Shown in pieces: positions 14,651-29,591 of a stretch of DNA of 64,000 bases (position 1 is its first letter; the number at the start of each line of letters is the position of its first letter). Origin of the DNA: Minutocellus sp. GHC0000111 (Eukaryota); contig OZ361257.1 in the NCBI GenBank assembly GCA_977018835.1, positions 124,001 to 188,000 of the forward strand, read 5' to 3'. Under the pieces are notes generated by a model. The model worked only from the letters and a program-made list of their open reading frames with translations. It was not told the DNA's origin and did no database searches. Made by a program: the position numbers and the translations under genes.

Positions 14651-14879
14651 AAAATGGAACAAAAAATTACAATCTTTTAAATATTGCAGAAAACACATAC
14701 ATGCATGAAAATCCCAATGAACACACTATGTGACTGACTTGAACTGAAAAATTCGGTAAATCATCTAGAAAAGCAGCATCTAAACTCTACACACACACAA
14801 ACACACTACTGAATCTATTTCCATTAAGTCAGAAATATGAAAGTCGTTGCTACAGAACGGTGTGCACCACAGTGCTGCC

Positions 14880-15108
14880 CAAACGATTCCCTCATTTCAG
14901 GGCTCTGCAAGAATTGGACGACGATGACACCGCCTTCTTGTCAGAAATTATCATCCTTGTCATCGCAGCATCCCTTCATCGATTCGCCGCATGTGATTGT
15001 GTTCTCCAATGGTACAACAATCGTCCTGCAGAAGATTGGACCCTTACATGCCATCGGTCTCGCCAAACAATTTCGTCTTTGCAAGGCTCTAATCGCATTC
15101 GAGCAAAT
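14880..15108 (+). repeat. Diverged single copy of the 203-bp repeat unit
   Basis: Shares TTGGACGACGATGACACCGCCTTCTTG..CATCGATTCGCCGCATGTGATTGTGTTCTCCAATGGTACAAC..TCTCGCCAAACAATT with the arrays. Confidence 0.9.
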
Positions 15109-15151
15109 TGTTTGACGACGTAACGAACTTGTATGTAGTAGATAAGTTAAT

Positions 15152-15245
15152 GTTGGTAGTTAGCTGGGATTTGACCGTTGGATTCGTTCCAACGATCACC
15201 TAACTCGCCTACTACTACATGTAGTAGCTTTGCTGATTTGTAATG
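15152..15245 (+). mobile_element. SINE-like dispersed repeat copy
   Basis: GTTGGTAGTT..GGGATTTGACCGTTGGATTCGTTCCAACGATCACCTAACTCGCCTACTA..TTTGCTGATTTGTAAT, matching copies at 40665, 41404, 45608 and 58005. Confidence 0.75.
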
Positions 15246-15393
15246 GATAAGTTAAGAGTTAACCCACGGGGAACTCCGTGGTTAACCTACACTTAGACTT
15301 ACCTCGTACTTCTATTTCTACGTAGGTACGTTTTTTAGGAACATTCACATTTTTCACTGTTAGGGCTGTGAGCTCACTCAAGCTATTCTCAGC

Positions 15394-18108
15394 ATGCCAA
15401 GACCTCTCCTCGGACTACTTGTCATCCCATGCATCCTCGTACAATCGACGCATCATTCCTACCACGACGACTTTGCGGGGCAAATTGCGTCAGAAATTTT
15501 CAGGCATGTGCCTCGGGGTGGCGCGAGCACACAGAAAACTGATGAACTTGCGATGGCCAAGGGTCGTGATCAGCCTTGGTATCCCTTTTCTCCCATGTCG
15601 GCATTCCGTGTCCTCCACAAGAAAAGTATGCTGGTGAAAGAAAACGAAGAAGAAGAGAAATTAGAATTTTTGCTGGGAGAGGAAGAGGAGAAGGACGGAC
15701 CGAACAGTGCCGCAGTCGAAGTGTCTAGCAGCTTTACCGCCAATTTTATTGTCGATGATGCGAATAGGAGTAGCAGTGCACATATTGAATATTTCGCAGA
15801 CAATGGAAGGACCGTGGAGATACAAGATTCTCAAATGGCAGATATCAAGGGTAAAATCAGTGCACTCCACTCTCAAGACTGTGATTCTCCGTCGAAGTCC
15901 CGTAGGACGCGCCGAAACGTCGCAGAAAAAAGACTCCCAGGAGACGACAGTCTAGATCGCACCGAGATGGTTCATCCAACATCGACTCTTCCATTGAGTT
16001 AGACGATGGAAACAATGGGGAAGAGGGATGCACACAGGCCTTGATGGAAAAGTGTTGTATGTTTTGGAGGAGACCAATGAGCCATCAACAGGAAAAAATG
16101 ATTTTGCTATGCCACTCTACAATCATTCTGCGGAATGTAGAGAAAGTCTGTACATTTCATCAGGATATGTGAGCATTATTGTATTTGCCTCAGGCAATTC
16201 TAATTCTATGTATTTTTATGCGTGTTTGCTAATTTGAAAAACAATCTGAACCTCCAAACCCTCTCGAACTCTATTGTGATGCAGTGGGCTACAATTGACG
16301 CGCTGTGTTCCTTTGGAAAGTCTGCGACATATCCAGGCCTTCGATTGTCTCGCTATTTGCGACCCCTACGAAAAATAGCAGCAAAAACAACTGGTTTGCA
16401 TGGAGTAGTAAGTCAAAAGAATTGCACAGGAACCACACATCCTCTTTTGAGAAGGAATAAACCATCTGTGCAAGACAACAATGAACATGTCTTCCGGTCC
16501 AAAACAGACTCACCAAGCATGGTTGCAATTGAAAATCACACCACTTCTGATGCGGATGTATCGTGCTCTCGACAAATCCGAAGGGGAAACTGAATGCGTC
16601 GCTTCAGTCGATTATTGTCGTTTGGCCGTCAAAATCGGAACACACTGTCGCACAATTCGACAGATTCAGTGGGACTCTCTGCAAGACAGACTGGATCAAT
16701 GCTCAATCATAGTGCTCTCCATGGTAATCTGAGTTTTGGTTCAAGTATCAAGGACATCACTGTTATCAAAGAGATGCGGAAAAGAGCAGAGCGGGTTAAA
16801 GAAATTGACAGGATGATTTGCAGGATCCAGAAAGACGTCGTGGAGTTGCAATGTGAGAAGGACGACCTCCAAAGGCGTCCAAATCCCTTGTATAACTACA
16901 CTAACGTTTATCCCTCAGAGGACCCTCCTGGTGGAGGCAGGAATTCAACCGAAACTTGCTTAGCGAATCGAACGGTTCGGGAATTCAACTTCCCTCCCCC
17001 GCAATTCGCTGATGCGTACATCGAAGATCTTGTTGACAGTGGGAGACTCATCATGTTGAACCACACACAATTGTGGCAGAGGCAAAAGGACGATTTTGAC
17101 GGTGCTAAAGACGACATGGACGAAGACGAGCTGGCGGGGGGACTTCCCAATGGTCTGTCGAGTTCTTCCAATGCCAGGATAAGTGACGGTGTGACGGTAG
17201 AGAAAAAATACAAAAATTCGCGTGGCTCATCTGGTAGCTGGTTCCTTCGCCAGTCTCTGGGCAGAGGTCTAAGCTTAGGGGAGAAGATAGGAGAGACGGT
17301 AGAATTGGCTGCCTACAGAGCTGTCTGCACTTCAGTCATGTCGATTTTAGCACGGGGTGTGTCGGCACTTCATGGAGTCAATGTCATGACACACTCTGAC
17401 ATTCGAATATTTGTTGAGACAGCCCCAGATCTCCCCCCAGTGGCAAAGGGAGCCCTCCCCGACGGAGAAAAATATGCAGAAGAAGCAATCCGAAAAGCCA
17501 TCAGACGGAGTGCAAAGAAACGGAAGAAAAAGTCAAGGAATTATCAGGGTCGCAGCAGTGGTCCAACGGCGGAAGGAGATGAAGTCTTTCTGCAGAGGGA
17601 TGCTGTAATTGAAACGCTTATGTCGCACTGTCAAATCTCGGCGCCGTTGCTAAAGCTGTTTCCACTCTCGTGGCAGAGGGCTCTACTCGGGAACATAATA
17701 ACTCTTGTCGGAGCTATAGTGTCCGACTTTGTAGATGGCATTCAAATTCAAATCCTAGGTCACCAGCTTTCTCTGTCGTTCAAACCGATAACAGAGAAGG
17801 ACGTGATGAATAGCATTGTTGGATTTGGTGGTGCAAGACATCGTGCAAGCGTCGAAGAGTTCGAGGCTGCCGTTGAGGCAACAGCACGGGATGTCAGCAA
17901 GAGCCTTGAGTTCTTGGACCGATGGCATGAGCGAGCACTAGGCGGGGGTGTACTCCGGGCTCAGATAGGGAATTTGGTTGCACGTGTCGTCCTTACTCTT
18001 ACCGATGAGGTTCTGGGTGGGGAAAAGTTTGACCTTTGGTCGGCTCAAATAGGAGGTCCTCGCATTGTAGCTGGTTTGGAACAACGGATCGAAGACACAC
18101 AAACATGA
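15394..18108 (+). pseudogene. Signal-peptide-bearing hypothetical protein, disrupted
   Basis: N-terminal hydrophobic stretch and PRGG motif. Frameshifts near 16000-16030, a probable intron at ~16169-16284, and an in-frame TGA at 16591-16593 directly followed by the 504-aa ORF. Confidence 0.6.
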
Positions 18109-18543
18109 TCATGTGGGACAGGTAAAAAAATTGAGATCCACTGGAGTTGTGCAATCGTTCGGTACCTAGCTAGGCCTAGATACACGCATGCTACGTAGTA
18201 GTTGGTGGTATTGAAACATCTCCAGTTTCAGGGATGAGCACATTTTCCGTCAAAATACAGCCAGCGCAAGCTTTCATGCCCGTAGATCAAATAAAAAGCT
18301 TCTTTTACAATGGTAATAGGAGGGTATCGTGGAAGAGTGTCTGAAGTTACATGGTACATGTGCGAGGTCAGATTCGCGAGAAATCGAGCGCCCGGTTTTT
18401 GACTGCTTTCGAGGGGATTGAAAAGCGCCTCGATGAATAGTCATGCTGAAATATTTAAGAAAATGGCTATTTTTACTCTAATTTTGATTTATCTTCATGT
18501 GAAACAATAATTCGGATAAGACTTTAGATTTCAGCGGCTCTAA

Positions 18544-19160
18544 TCAAATGGACGCGTTCGTGCGACGCGACGGTTCGGCCTCCATCTCGTCTTCATCTTG
18601 AACGATGGCATGATACTCGCCTCGGATCGGCAGTACGATGCATTCGTCCCGGATCTCGCACCACAGCCAATCCGGGATGAGCTTGAGCTTCTTTAGCTCC
18701 CGCTTCACGCCGTTGAACTTGTAGATGAAGGCAACTGAGGAGTGGAACATCTCCGCGGCCTTGTCGTACACCGATTCAGTTATTGCCACGACATCATCCA
18801 TGTCGAGGGGCATGTTCTCGGCCCTTATCGCCCGGCAGACGAGTCGACTGACGACATTGAGGAGCATGTGCTTCTCAAAATCCTCGGGCCCGTCAATCTT
18901 GAGAGTTTTCTCCTGGTCAATGATGATGGCCAAGACAGCGGTGAGCATGTGTTCAATCCATTTGTGTCTCGGGCGGAAGTCGAAGCTGAGCATTTCGATG
19001 ACGCGATCGGCATGCTTGGACCGGTATACTGCTTCCCAACGAGTGCCGATGATTCATCTGATTCGGCCGCCTTCCGTTCTGTCATCGACGATCTTGCAAC
19101 GGCGACCCGGCGGTACACTGCACCATGTCTCTTTGCAATTGCCAAGTGCAGGGAGCAGGC
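18544..19160 (-). pseudogene. Antisense accessory ORF inside the transposon
   Basis: The 149-aa protein-like ORF 18993-18544 extends upstream in frame through one TGA: CKETWCSVPPGRRCKIVDDRTEGGRIR*IIGTRWEAVYRSKHADRVIEMLSF. Confidence 0.45.
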
Positions 19161-19218
19161 AAAGGTGGACTATTCGGTGCTGTCCAGCGCAGAGCATGGT
19201 GCACGATTTTCGGGATGG

Positions 19219-20465
19219 ATGAAGGCGCATGGTGCTCTACCTGCATCTGAGAAGGCGATGTGGGAGATGAAGAGGAGATCTCATCTGGCTATGCAGCCAT
19301 ACATTCGAGATGTTATTGTTGATGCTCTGATACGAAATCCTCGGGAATCTTGGCGGGAGCTGGAGGTGGATGTCAACTTTTGGTGTTCCTACTCGGCAAT
19401 GCGGCGGTGGATAATGTCGCGGGAAGGGTTCCGGTACTATGCCGAAAGGATCATCCCTCTCCTTACTACACATCAGATGGAGAAACATTTGGCATTTGCG
19501 CGGAAATTCCGAAACAATTGGGGGCTCGGCGGTGGCAAGTTTCTCCTTTTTGTGTTCGATGAGAAGTGGTTTTGGGGCTTGGTTCTTCGATCGTATGCCA
19601 AGCAAGTTGCAGAATTGGGCATTGATCCTCGGTCCTTCTCGGCACATCACCGAAATCACATCAACAAGTGCATGGTGGTGGCTGTCACTGCCTTGGCTTT
19701 TATTGACAGCATTGAGAATGGCGGCATTGCGTTCAAGCTTGGACTTTTTCGGGCTCAGGCGCATAAAATTGCGAGGCAGATGGTAAGGGAGGCGGTGCGG
19801 CAGGCAGATGGTAGAATCAAATATTGCGGCCCGGTGGTTTGGAAGAAAGACATCTACACCTTGTGGATTGCGCGGTGACTGGATGCAGCCATGGCACCCT
19901 TGATAATCCCAAGTTCCCACTGAAAGCTTTGTTTGAGAACAAGATATTTCCGGATGTTGAGGCTTTGGTCGGACCTGGCGGAAAGTTTGAAGGCTATTTC
20001 CCTATTTTCCAGGGCGACAATGCTGGGCCCCATGCCGAGACTGAATTTGTGGAATATGTGGAAGGATGCTGTCGGGACAAGGGATGGCGTTGGGAACCTC
20101 AGGCCCCGCAAATGCCCCATATGAATGTTCTTGATCTGTCTGTTTTCCCTTGCATGTCAAAGCAGCATGCAATGTTGTGCCGCGATTGGGAGGGGCTGAA
20201 GGTTTTGACAGAGGATCAGACTTGGGATGCAGCGGAGGAAGTTTGGATGGGGCTGGAAAACTGGAAGATCGCATCGGCATACATCCAGGCTCATAGAATT
20301 GCAAAGAAGGTAATCGTTGCAAAAGGCAACAATGATTTTCTTGGAAACGGTGAAGGCATTCATGTTGGGGTGCGAAAGGATTTCAGGCCGACTGAAAATG
20401 GCATGGTTCGGATAGATGGGAAAATTATCGCTCCTCCTCCTGCTGATCCAACCATGGATAATTAG
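19219..20465 (+). pseudogene. Mariner-like transposase, frameshifted at ~19840
   Basis: Catalytic motifs FDEKWF, FQGDNAGPH and PQMPHMNVLDLSVF, split over ORFs 18742-19878 and 19824-20465. The start position is approximate. Confidence 0.88.
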
Positions 20466-20853
20466 TCCTGCGGTGCTTTTAAGTTATATTGTGTTTAATA
20501 ATACTAGATTGGATTGTAGATCTGGATACTAGCTGCTGCAATACCTAGGTACATGTACTTTGCATTGTACATGTATTCAATGCCGGTAGATCTAAGATTC
20601 AGGCGGTTGCGGGCCGAAAAAGTCGCTGTTTTGGTCCCGACCCTGCGCTCGATTTCTCGCGAAACGGACTTCGTACCGGTATTACTAGCTAGCTCGATCA
20701 ATCACCTGTAGCTAGTAGATCAACAGCTTAATTTTTCATGCTTTCATCAGCGATGCCGCATGGCTAATAGACCATTACATCACTGTTCTGTGACGAATTT
20801 CGTGATGTGCAAACGTGCAACAACTAAGAGAGGAAACATGTTACTTTATAACA

Positions 20854-21678
20854 TCAAGACCTGTGTTGACCCATCAACTCATGATGATTCGACGATCCAA
20901 TTTGTTCTGTAAACCCTTCAAGCCCCACTTTCCGACGACTCTTCACTGTCATTGTCAGCATCTCTGCTGTCACGTATGTCCCCCAACTTTTGCTTCCTTT
21001 CACGCTTGCCACTTTCTTTCTCGTTGCTACTGACGCTGCTTTCCTCCTCACTACAATTCGGATGGCTATTGTCTTCTTCGCTGGAGGAATCTGAACCGGA
21101 GTTGTCCTCTACTTCTACTTCTTCTTCGTCCTCATCCTCATCCTCGTCTTCGTCCTCATTGTTGATTCCGCCTGCGCAAGCTCTCTCTCTTTCCGGCAAG
21201 ACCTCGTCATCGTTCGACGATTCGTTGTCCTCGCCATCATCACTATTGCTGTCGCTATCGCTAGGGTCACCACCCGATGGCTCAAAATCAGATGCTGATT
21301 CTTCTTCGTCGATAATGTCAGCCCCAACCAGTGCTGCAAGGCCAATGGCTTCTCCGTCTCTCAACTCCGATCCACTGTCTGAATCATTATCTGATTGGTA
21401 TTCTTTCTCAGATGCTTCAGAATTTGAAGTGTCTTCATTGTCAGGTTTTTCAGCCTCATCTGCGCTCTCAATACCATCTAAGAAAAGGGAAGGAGTAAGA
21501 AAATTAGAAAGTTTCCAGCCACGATTGACACGAAAGAATGAGAGTAGAGGCTGTTAATAGCCAATATTGCTGTTTCGAACTCACCTCCGCACGATTCACC
21601 AGAATCAGTGCTGACGCCGCCTGCATGTTTTTTGTTTTGTTGTGATGATGGGTGAGAATTGTCTTCATTGAAATCCAT
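20854..21678 (-). CDS. Acidic Asp/Glu/Ser-rich low-complexity protein, probably truncated
   Basis: ATG at 21678, a probable intron ending at TTCTTAG ~21479, and an acidic ORF to ~20918. It ends next to the mariner element. Confidence 0.4.
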
Positions 21679-21904
21679 GATTCAAGTGTACTATCTAGTG
21701 CCTACGTACGAGTTCGTACGTCTATCGGGCTGAGAGTAAGTAAAACATACGGCTTCCTAGGTACGGTGCTCTACTTTACCTACCTAGGCCTACCTACCTA
21801 CGTAGGTACTGAATGAACGGTGCTCTTTTTTACCGCCTTACGTACACAACACATTGATCGTAATTTGAAGACAATTGCAAAACATTTTGATCTCTGCTAG
21901 TACC

Positions 21905-24456
<2,552 letters not shown>

Positions 24457-24660
24457 GGACCAAGTGATTAGGCTAGAAATCGAGATCTTCACAGTAGATC
24501 TAGAGTCTAGATACCGGTAGATCTACATCTACATCTATAGATAGATCTACACAATGGAAAGACTGACTGAAACGTTGACGTGAATCTAGTGAAATTCAGT
24601 CAATGAATAAAAAAAGATCTAAATCTTGACTACCAAGAGTACCAGTAAAGTCTAGATCTA

Positions 24661-25107
24661 CAGTCCGTCCCCATCTAAAAGGATATTCATTTGGGACCTG
24701 AGGTCTGAAAATCCTTATCACGAAGCAAAATCTGAGGTCTCATCTGAGGATATTCTTATTTAGTGATGATGGCAGACCATGTAGCAAAAATAAGGTCTTA
24801 GGAGAGCAAGCACGAAGCTTTCGCCTACATTACATGCAAACCTCTCCAGATCAAGAGAAGCCTCGTCATCGCCATTAAGAAGCTTCTTAAAATCCTCCTG
24901 TGAAAGATAGGAGGCGTCCTCCCCGCCAAAGTCTGCAAAGTCTTCGACAATGATGAAAATGGCCCTGGTGATGCTGACGCCCCGTGACCTGCCATGAGAG
25001 AAAAATAAGGATATTAGCAAAGCTGAGGTCTGACTATCCCTATCAGTGGCAAATATTTGAGGTCTCAAACCAAGATATGAAATATCCTTATAGATGGGGA
25101 CAGACTG
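24661..25107. mobile_element. MITE / non-autonomous Tc1-mariner-type element
   Basis: TIR CAGTC(C/T)GTCCCCATCTA(A/T)AAGGATATT, TA on both flanks, repeated subterminal TGAGGTCT motifs. Confidence 0.88.
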
Positions 25108-25139
25108 TAGGTCTTGATTTACATGGTGCTGGTGGTTCG

Positions 25140-25380
25140 TCCTACATGTTTAAGTAAAAAATCTACGTAAACGGGTATCTTGAGGGCAAGATAAATAGGG
25201 TCAAGGCAATTCACCGTACAGATGTCCTCTTTCTTATTCGTAGTGATATTCAGGGACACTCCTGTAACCTTGGAATTGCTCGTAGTACCAATATTCCCTA
25301 CTCAAATGACGGGATGAGAATCCATTTCCCTCAGAATAACGGCCAGTCTCAAAGTGAGACTTGGCTTCCTCGGCTAGGGT
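25140..25380 (-). mobile_element. 3' end of RLE (CRE-like) non-LTR retrotransposon, subfamily A
   Basis: Encodes AEEAKSHFETGRYSEGNGFSSRHLSREYWYYEQFQGYRSVPEYHYE*, followed by the same 3'UTR as 50620-50700. Confidence 0.7.
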
Positions 25381-27214
25381 GTTGATCTGGTCATTGTAAA
25401 TGAAATTGTCATACGTGTACAATCCGACCCGAAAATAAGGATTCAAATTGGAGCTAAGGTCTCAATATCCCTATTCTGGAACAAAGTCAGAGGTCTCAGG
25501 TAAGGACATCCACATTCATTTAGAGACGACGGAGCAACACAACGTACGGTAACTAGACTAGTGGATCTCTACTCATGATGCAGACTGCATCTGGAGTCCA
25601 AACAAACATGACTTGGGAAAGAATCAACAACTCCGCATCAGAAGGTAGTAACAAATGGAAACTTGTGGTCGCCTTTCAGCAATGTTGGGTGTGAAAAACC
25701 TTCAAATTTTCTTGAATAGATCCAATGAGGTTTCGGATGTTATTGAGAATGATGATTTGCCACACGTCCTGCGAGAATAATACGGATGCTGCCAAAGCCG
25801 AGGTCAATTTATCCTTAGACATCACAAGTAAGAATCTGAGGTCTCAAACAAGAATATCAAATATCCTCATTCTCTAGATCTATGTGCATCGCCGACATCT
25901 GCATCGCCAAGATCTGCATGTAACTTTAGACACTCTCTTTGTAAAGTAATGCGATGCCCACACCTACATGTAATGATCAAAGATACTGTAGTTAGTCTAT
26001 CATCTAGGCAGCGCTCCAATTACTACATTCAACGGCCCTGAGTATCACTACCACCAGTACATGTAAGAAGGTCAAAATTATCGGTGAATCCCTTCGAACC
26101 TATTTATCTCATCCTTTCAAGATGACAATCATACATGTCAACGTTTACGTAGATCTAGAATTTATTCACACATGTAAGGATGGATACATGTACCATAATC
26201 ATTGAGGCCCGTGGTGGTCTCAACATCCTTGTTAAGAGGCTAAATCTAGAGTCTAAGGTATCGGCCCAAGATATCCTTATTTCATAATGACGCGGCACAA
26301 GCGTGTAACAAATAAGGTTCTGTTTTGTTGACACCGACAGCATCTGAAATCTACTTAGGTTAATTTACAGGAACCACCAACCGGGTATGTCCATAGGACA
26401 CCGCCTCTAGGAGGCCAAGAAGCCCCCTCGGACTCGGAACACAACCCGGCTAGGATGGACCTGTGGGAGCAAGCACTTGGTGGGAGATACGGATTACAGT
26501 TTGGACGCCCAAACACGAAGGGGGACACATGTATGGTGAGGTGGACATAAATGTGGCTAGGTTTATGAGTTGTATCCCTTTCGTTGAGACTAGGATCATA
26601 TCCAACTGGCTAACTACAAAGCACCAGACAACGCAGGGATTGGATTGGCTCAAACTCAACGCTGCCTGGACGAGCTACGTAGGTTTTCATAACAGTCATA
26701 GGAATTCCTACATACATGTATTAACTAGTAGGTTATAGACTCTAGATCTACTTTCTTCGCTTCTCATCTTCTGATTATGTCGATCCTATAAACGTCTACG
26801 TAGAAAATTGTTATACATGTAGATCTAATACGTTGACGTAGAGTCTAGATAGATTCAATTTTTAAGACTCTTACATGTAAAAATAAATTGAATCTACGTT
26901 TATCAAATACATTAGACTCTACCGGTACATGTACATATAGATCTAGACCAAAACTCTAGATTTAGAGATCTCTAGACTCTACTTGTACCGGTACCGCGAT
27001 AGACTCAAGATCTACATTCTATTCTACCGATAGGTACCGGTAGTCAAGTCTAATAGAGACTATCTTTTGACGGGACATGGAAAAAAAGGCGCGCCTGACT
27101 GACCTTCGTGGGATCTGCAAAAGCAGTGATGTTGGTACCGTAGATCTACCTCCAAGTAACCCCTATGTTGAACCCGGTTGGACCTCCCGGAGACCGGACG
27201 GGCGCCTCGGCATG

Positions 27215-27592
27215 TACCATGGCACGTACATGTATAACAATTTTCTACGTAGACGTTTATAGGATCGACATAATCAGAAGATGAGAAGCGAAGAAAGTAG
27301 GATAAGCAAAGCCAGCCGCAAATAATTACTCATACATGTAGCGCCGTTCAGGTCCACTTCTAAATCCTCTAAACTGCTCGTAGTAACCACATTCTCGACT
27401 CGAATGACGAGCCGAGAATCCGTCACTATCAGAGCATCTACCAGTCTCAAAATGATTCTTTGCCTCCTCAGCGACCCTAGCTGCCTCTCCTCTCGGGAGT
27501 CGAACAAAATGCAGTCGTGATCTCTTGTGTAAAGAGAGACCGCGGGCAATGGCGCCAGCAATCGCTCGTCGATAAAGGTGCAAGGTGACCAC
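27215..27592 (-). mobile_element. 3' end of RLE (CRE-like) non-LTR retrotransposon, subfamily B
   Basis: Encodes LYRRAIAGAIARG..RLHFVR..EEAKNHFETGR..YEQFRGFRSGPERRY; near-identical to 42822-43115. Confidence 0.72.
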
Positions 27593-27840
27593 GTAGATCT
27601 ACCTCTCTCTATATTGAGTCGCCGCAGCACCTCGCTCCAGCCAAAGTACAAATGAAATAGCTCTTGAGTTCAGATAAGCAAAGTACACCATGACCCAACA
27701 GTAAACGCACACATGAACATTTCATTTGATTTAATTTAGCTAAGCCAACACCAATTACGAGTACCTAGGTACAATGTTTTAACAAGCATCTTTCAAAATG
27801 CTCAACTTACTTACACATGCACAATTTTATGTCGATGGAA

Positions 27841-29082
27841 TCATTTTCGCGTCTCGAAAGGAAGAGTTCCATTGAGGCGGATGCATGTGCGCCGCTTCCA
27901 TTCTTTTGTTTCTTTCTCCCAAGTTGACCTCCATTTGTTTATGCCAAGAATCGGTTTCCCAAGCGCATTGCAAACATTGCGCCACGTTTCCTTGTCCAAA
28001 TGGGCAGGCTTTGCAGAAATGCAAGCTGCGAGATATTTGCTCTGAAAAACGCTGATTTTGTCGATTGTGGCCGTTCCCGTGTGCTTTGATAGTGCCATCG
28101 ACATTGCAACGAGCTTTCCATAGACATTTCTGTCCAGCCATGACTTCTTATTCAGCTCGAATGCACCAGCAATAATGCCCAGCGGCGGATACAGGGTGTC
28201 TTCAGCAAAGTCACGAATGTCTTGAAACATACACACGAGCAGTATCCACAAGTACCCCAGCACATCGAACACGTTGATTATGATGCATTGATTCCTTCAT
28301 GTTGCCGATGTTGGTGTAACTGTCTCCCTTGCTACTATTATTCTTTTGACATCAGAACGATTGCATGGGTAGATATCAGAGTCGGGACATGCATCAAAGT
28401 CAAAATAATCCCAACCATACTTGTCTTCTCTTTTGCGATCTTTTCCAAGCTTCTCTTCATTCATCCACATTCCGCGGTGCGGCTCCAAACATCTTGGCAA
28501 ACGCTTGCTTGACTGGGATGGTTTCCTGACAGTAAGGCCCTGCCCTCCGATTGGTTGCATAAGTGTGTGTGCCACAAGATATTGTCTGGTGACAGCCCAG
28601 CCTTTCTCATTTAATCTGTCCTCCATTAGTAGTTTTGATGCAACAACATCAGGACGATCATCGTCATCAACGCCACTTCCATATCAGCTTCTTTTGGCCT
28701 TGTAGCATCTTATCGAGTATTCTTCACACGGAGCAACTCTAATCTTGCGCCCATTGAGGTAGAGCTGCATCTGATTGCTACTTGCAGGAATGGACTCACC
28801 ATGCACATTGATGTAATCGAAAATGTACATGCCAAATGGAGGATCGATTGCAACCATCCGATTTGCATCATGCATCATGAATGCAAAGAGATTATTATCT
28901 TGCAAGGCGTTTTGTTTGCGATGTTCATATGTTCTAGTTTCATTTTGAGGAAACCAGAAGGAAGCTGTTACAGAAGCGCGCTTGTTGCTGCTACTGTTGA
29001 GAAGATGCTTACTACTGTTGAAACAGTATGACGCTACCAAAACCACCCCAAGTAGTAAAGGCTGCCATAATGATGATGTCAT
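27841..29082 (-). pseudogene. Membrane-anchored hypothetical protein with two in-frame TGA stops
   Basis: ORFs 29082-28684, 28626-28297 and 28272-27841 are all in one frame, separated only by TGA codons. N-terminal hydrophobic segment present. Confidence 0.6.
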
Positions 29083-29591
29083 TTATTTTTATGCAAGTTA
29101 CTTACATTTGCATCTCTCTTTGCATTTCATGCATCTTCCAAATTTTCATTTAGGTACATGTAGATCTACTGCTACGTAGTACACATGCGTAAACAACACA
29201 TCATGTGTTTCTTACGTACAAGATGCGCCTGCTGCTATGTACTACTACGTAGTACCTAGGTACGTACTAGTAGTAAAGCCAATATTGGAACAATTTATTC
29301 TGGGAAAGAGAAATTACAAAGGCCTACAAAAAAGCACATTTCAACTGTGGTGCCGGTTTACGTACTAGTAGGGTGCACTTTCTGGCACAGCTCTCGGTAG
29401 GACCGAGGACATGTATGTATGAGTAGAATCTACGTAAACGTTTATCAAATTGTCATCTTGAGGGCAAGATCAATAGAACTAGACCTAGAGTCAAGGCAAT
29501 TCACCGTAAAAAAACTTAGACTCTAGATCTACATGTAGATCTAGAGTTGATCTACGAGGACCAGCCACCAAAATTAAAGGGGAACCTTTTC

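Larger units (their letters stand above)
18363..20673 (+). mobile_element. Tc1/mariner-superfamily DNA transposon (DD39D/plant-mariner-like, DD38D here) with 29-bp TIRs
   Basis: Left TIR CGAGGTCAGATTCGCGAGAAATCGAGCGC; right TIR (reverse complement) CGAAGTCCGTTTCGCGAGAAATCGAGCGC; 26/29 identical. The right flank is TA and the left flank is TG. Confidence 0.9.

Noticed and set aside
26400..26680. Further RLE retroelement relic (GPVEQAL..YGEVD)
   Set aside because: It needs several frameshifts to read and the similarity is too weak to call.
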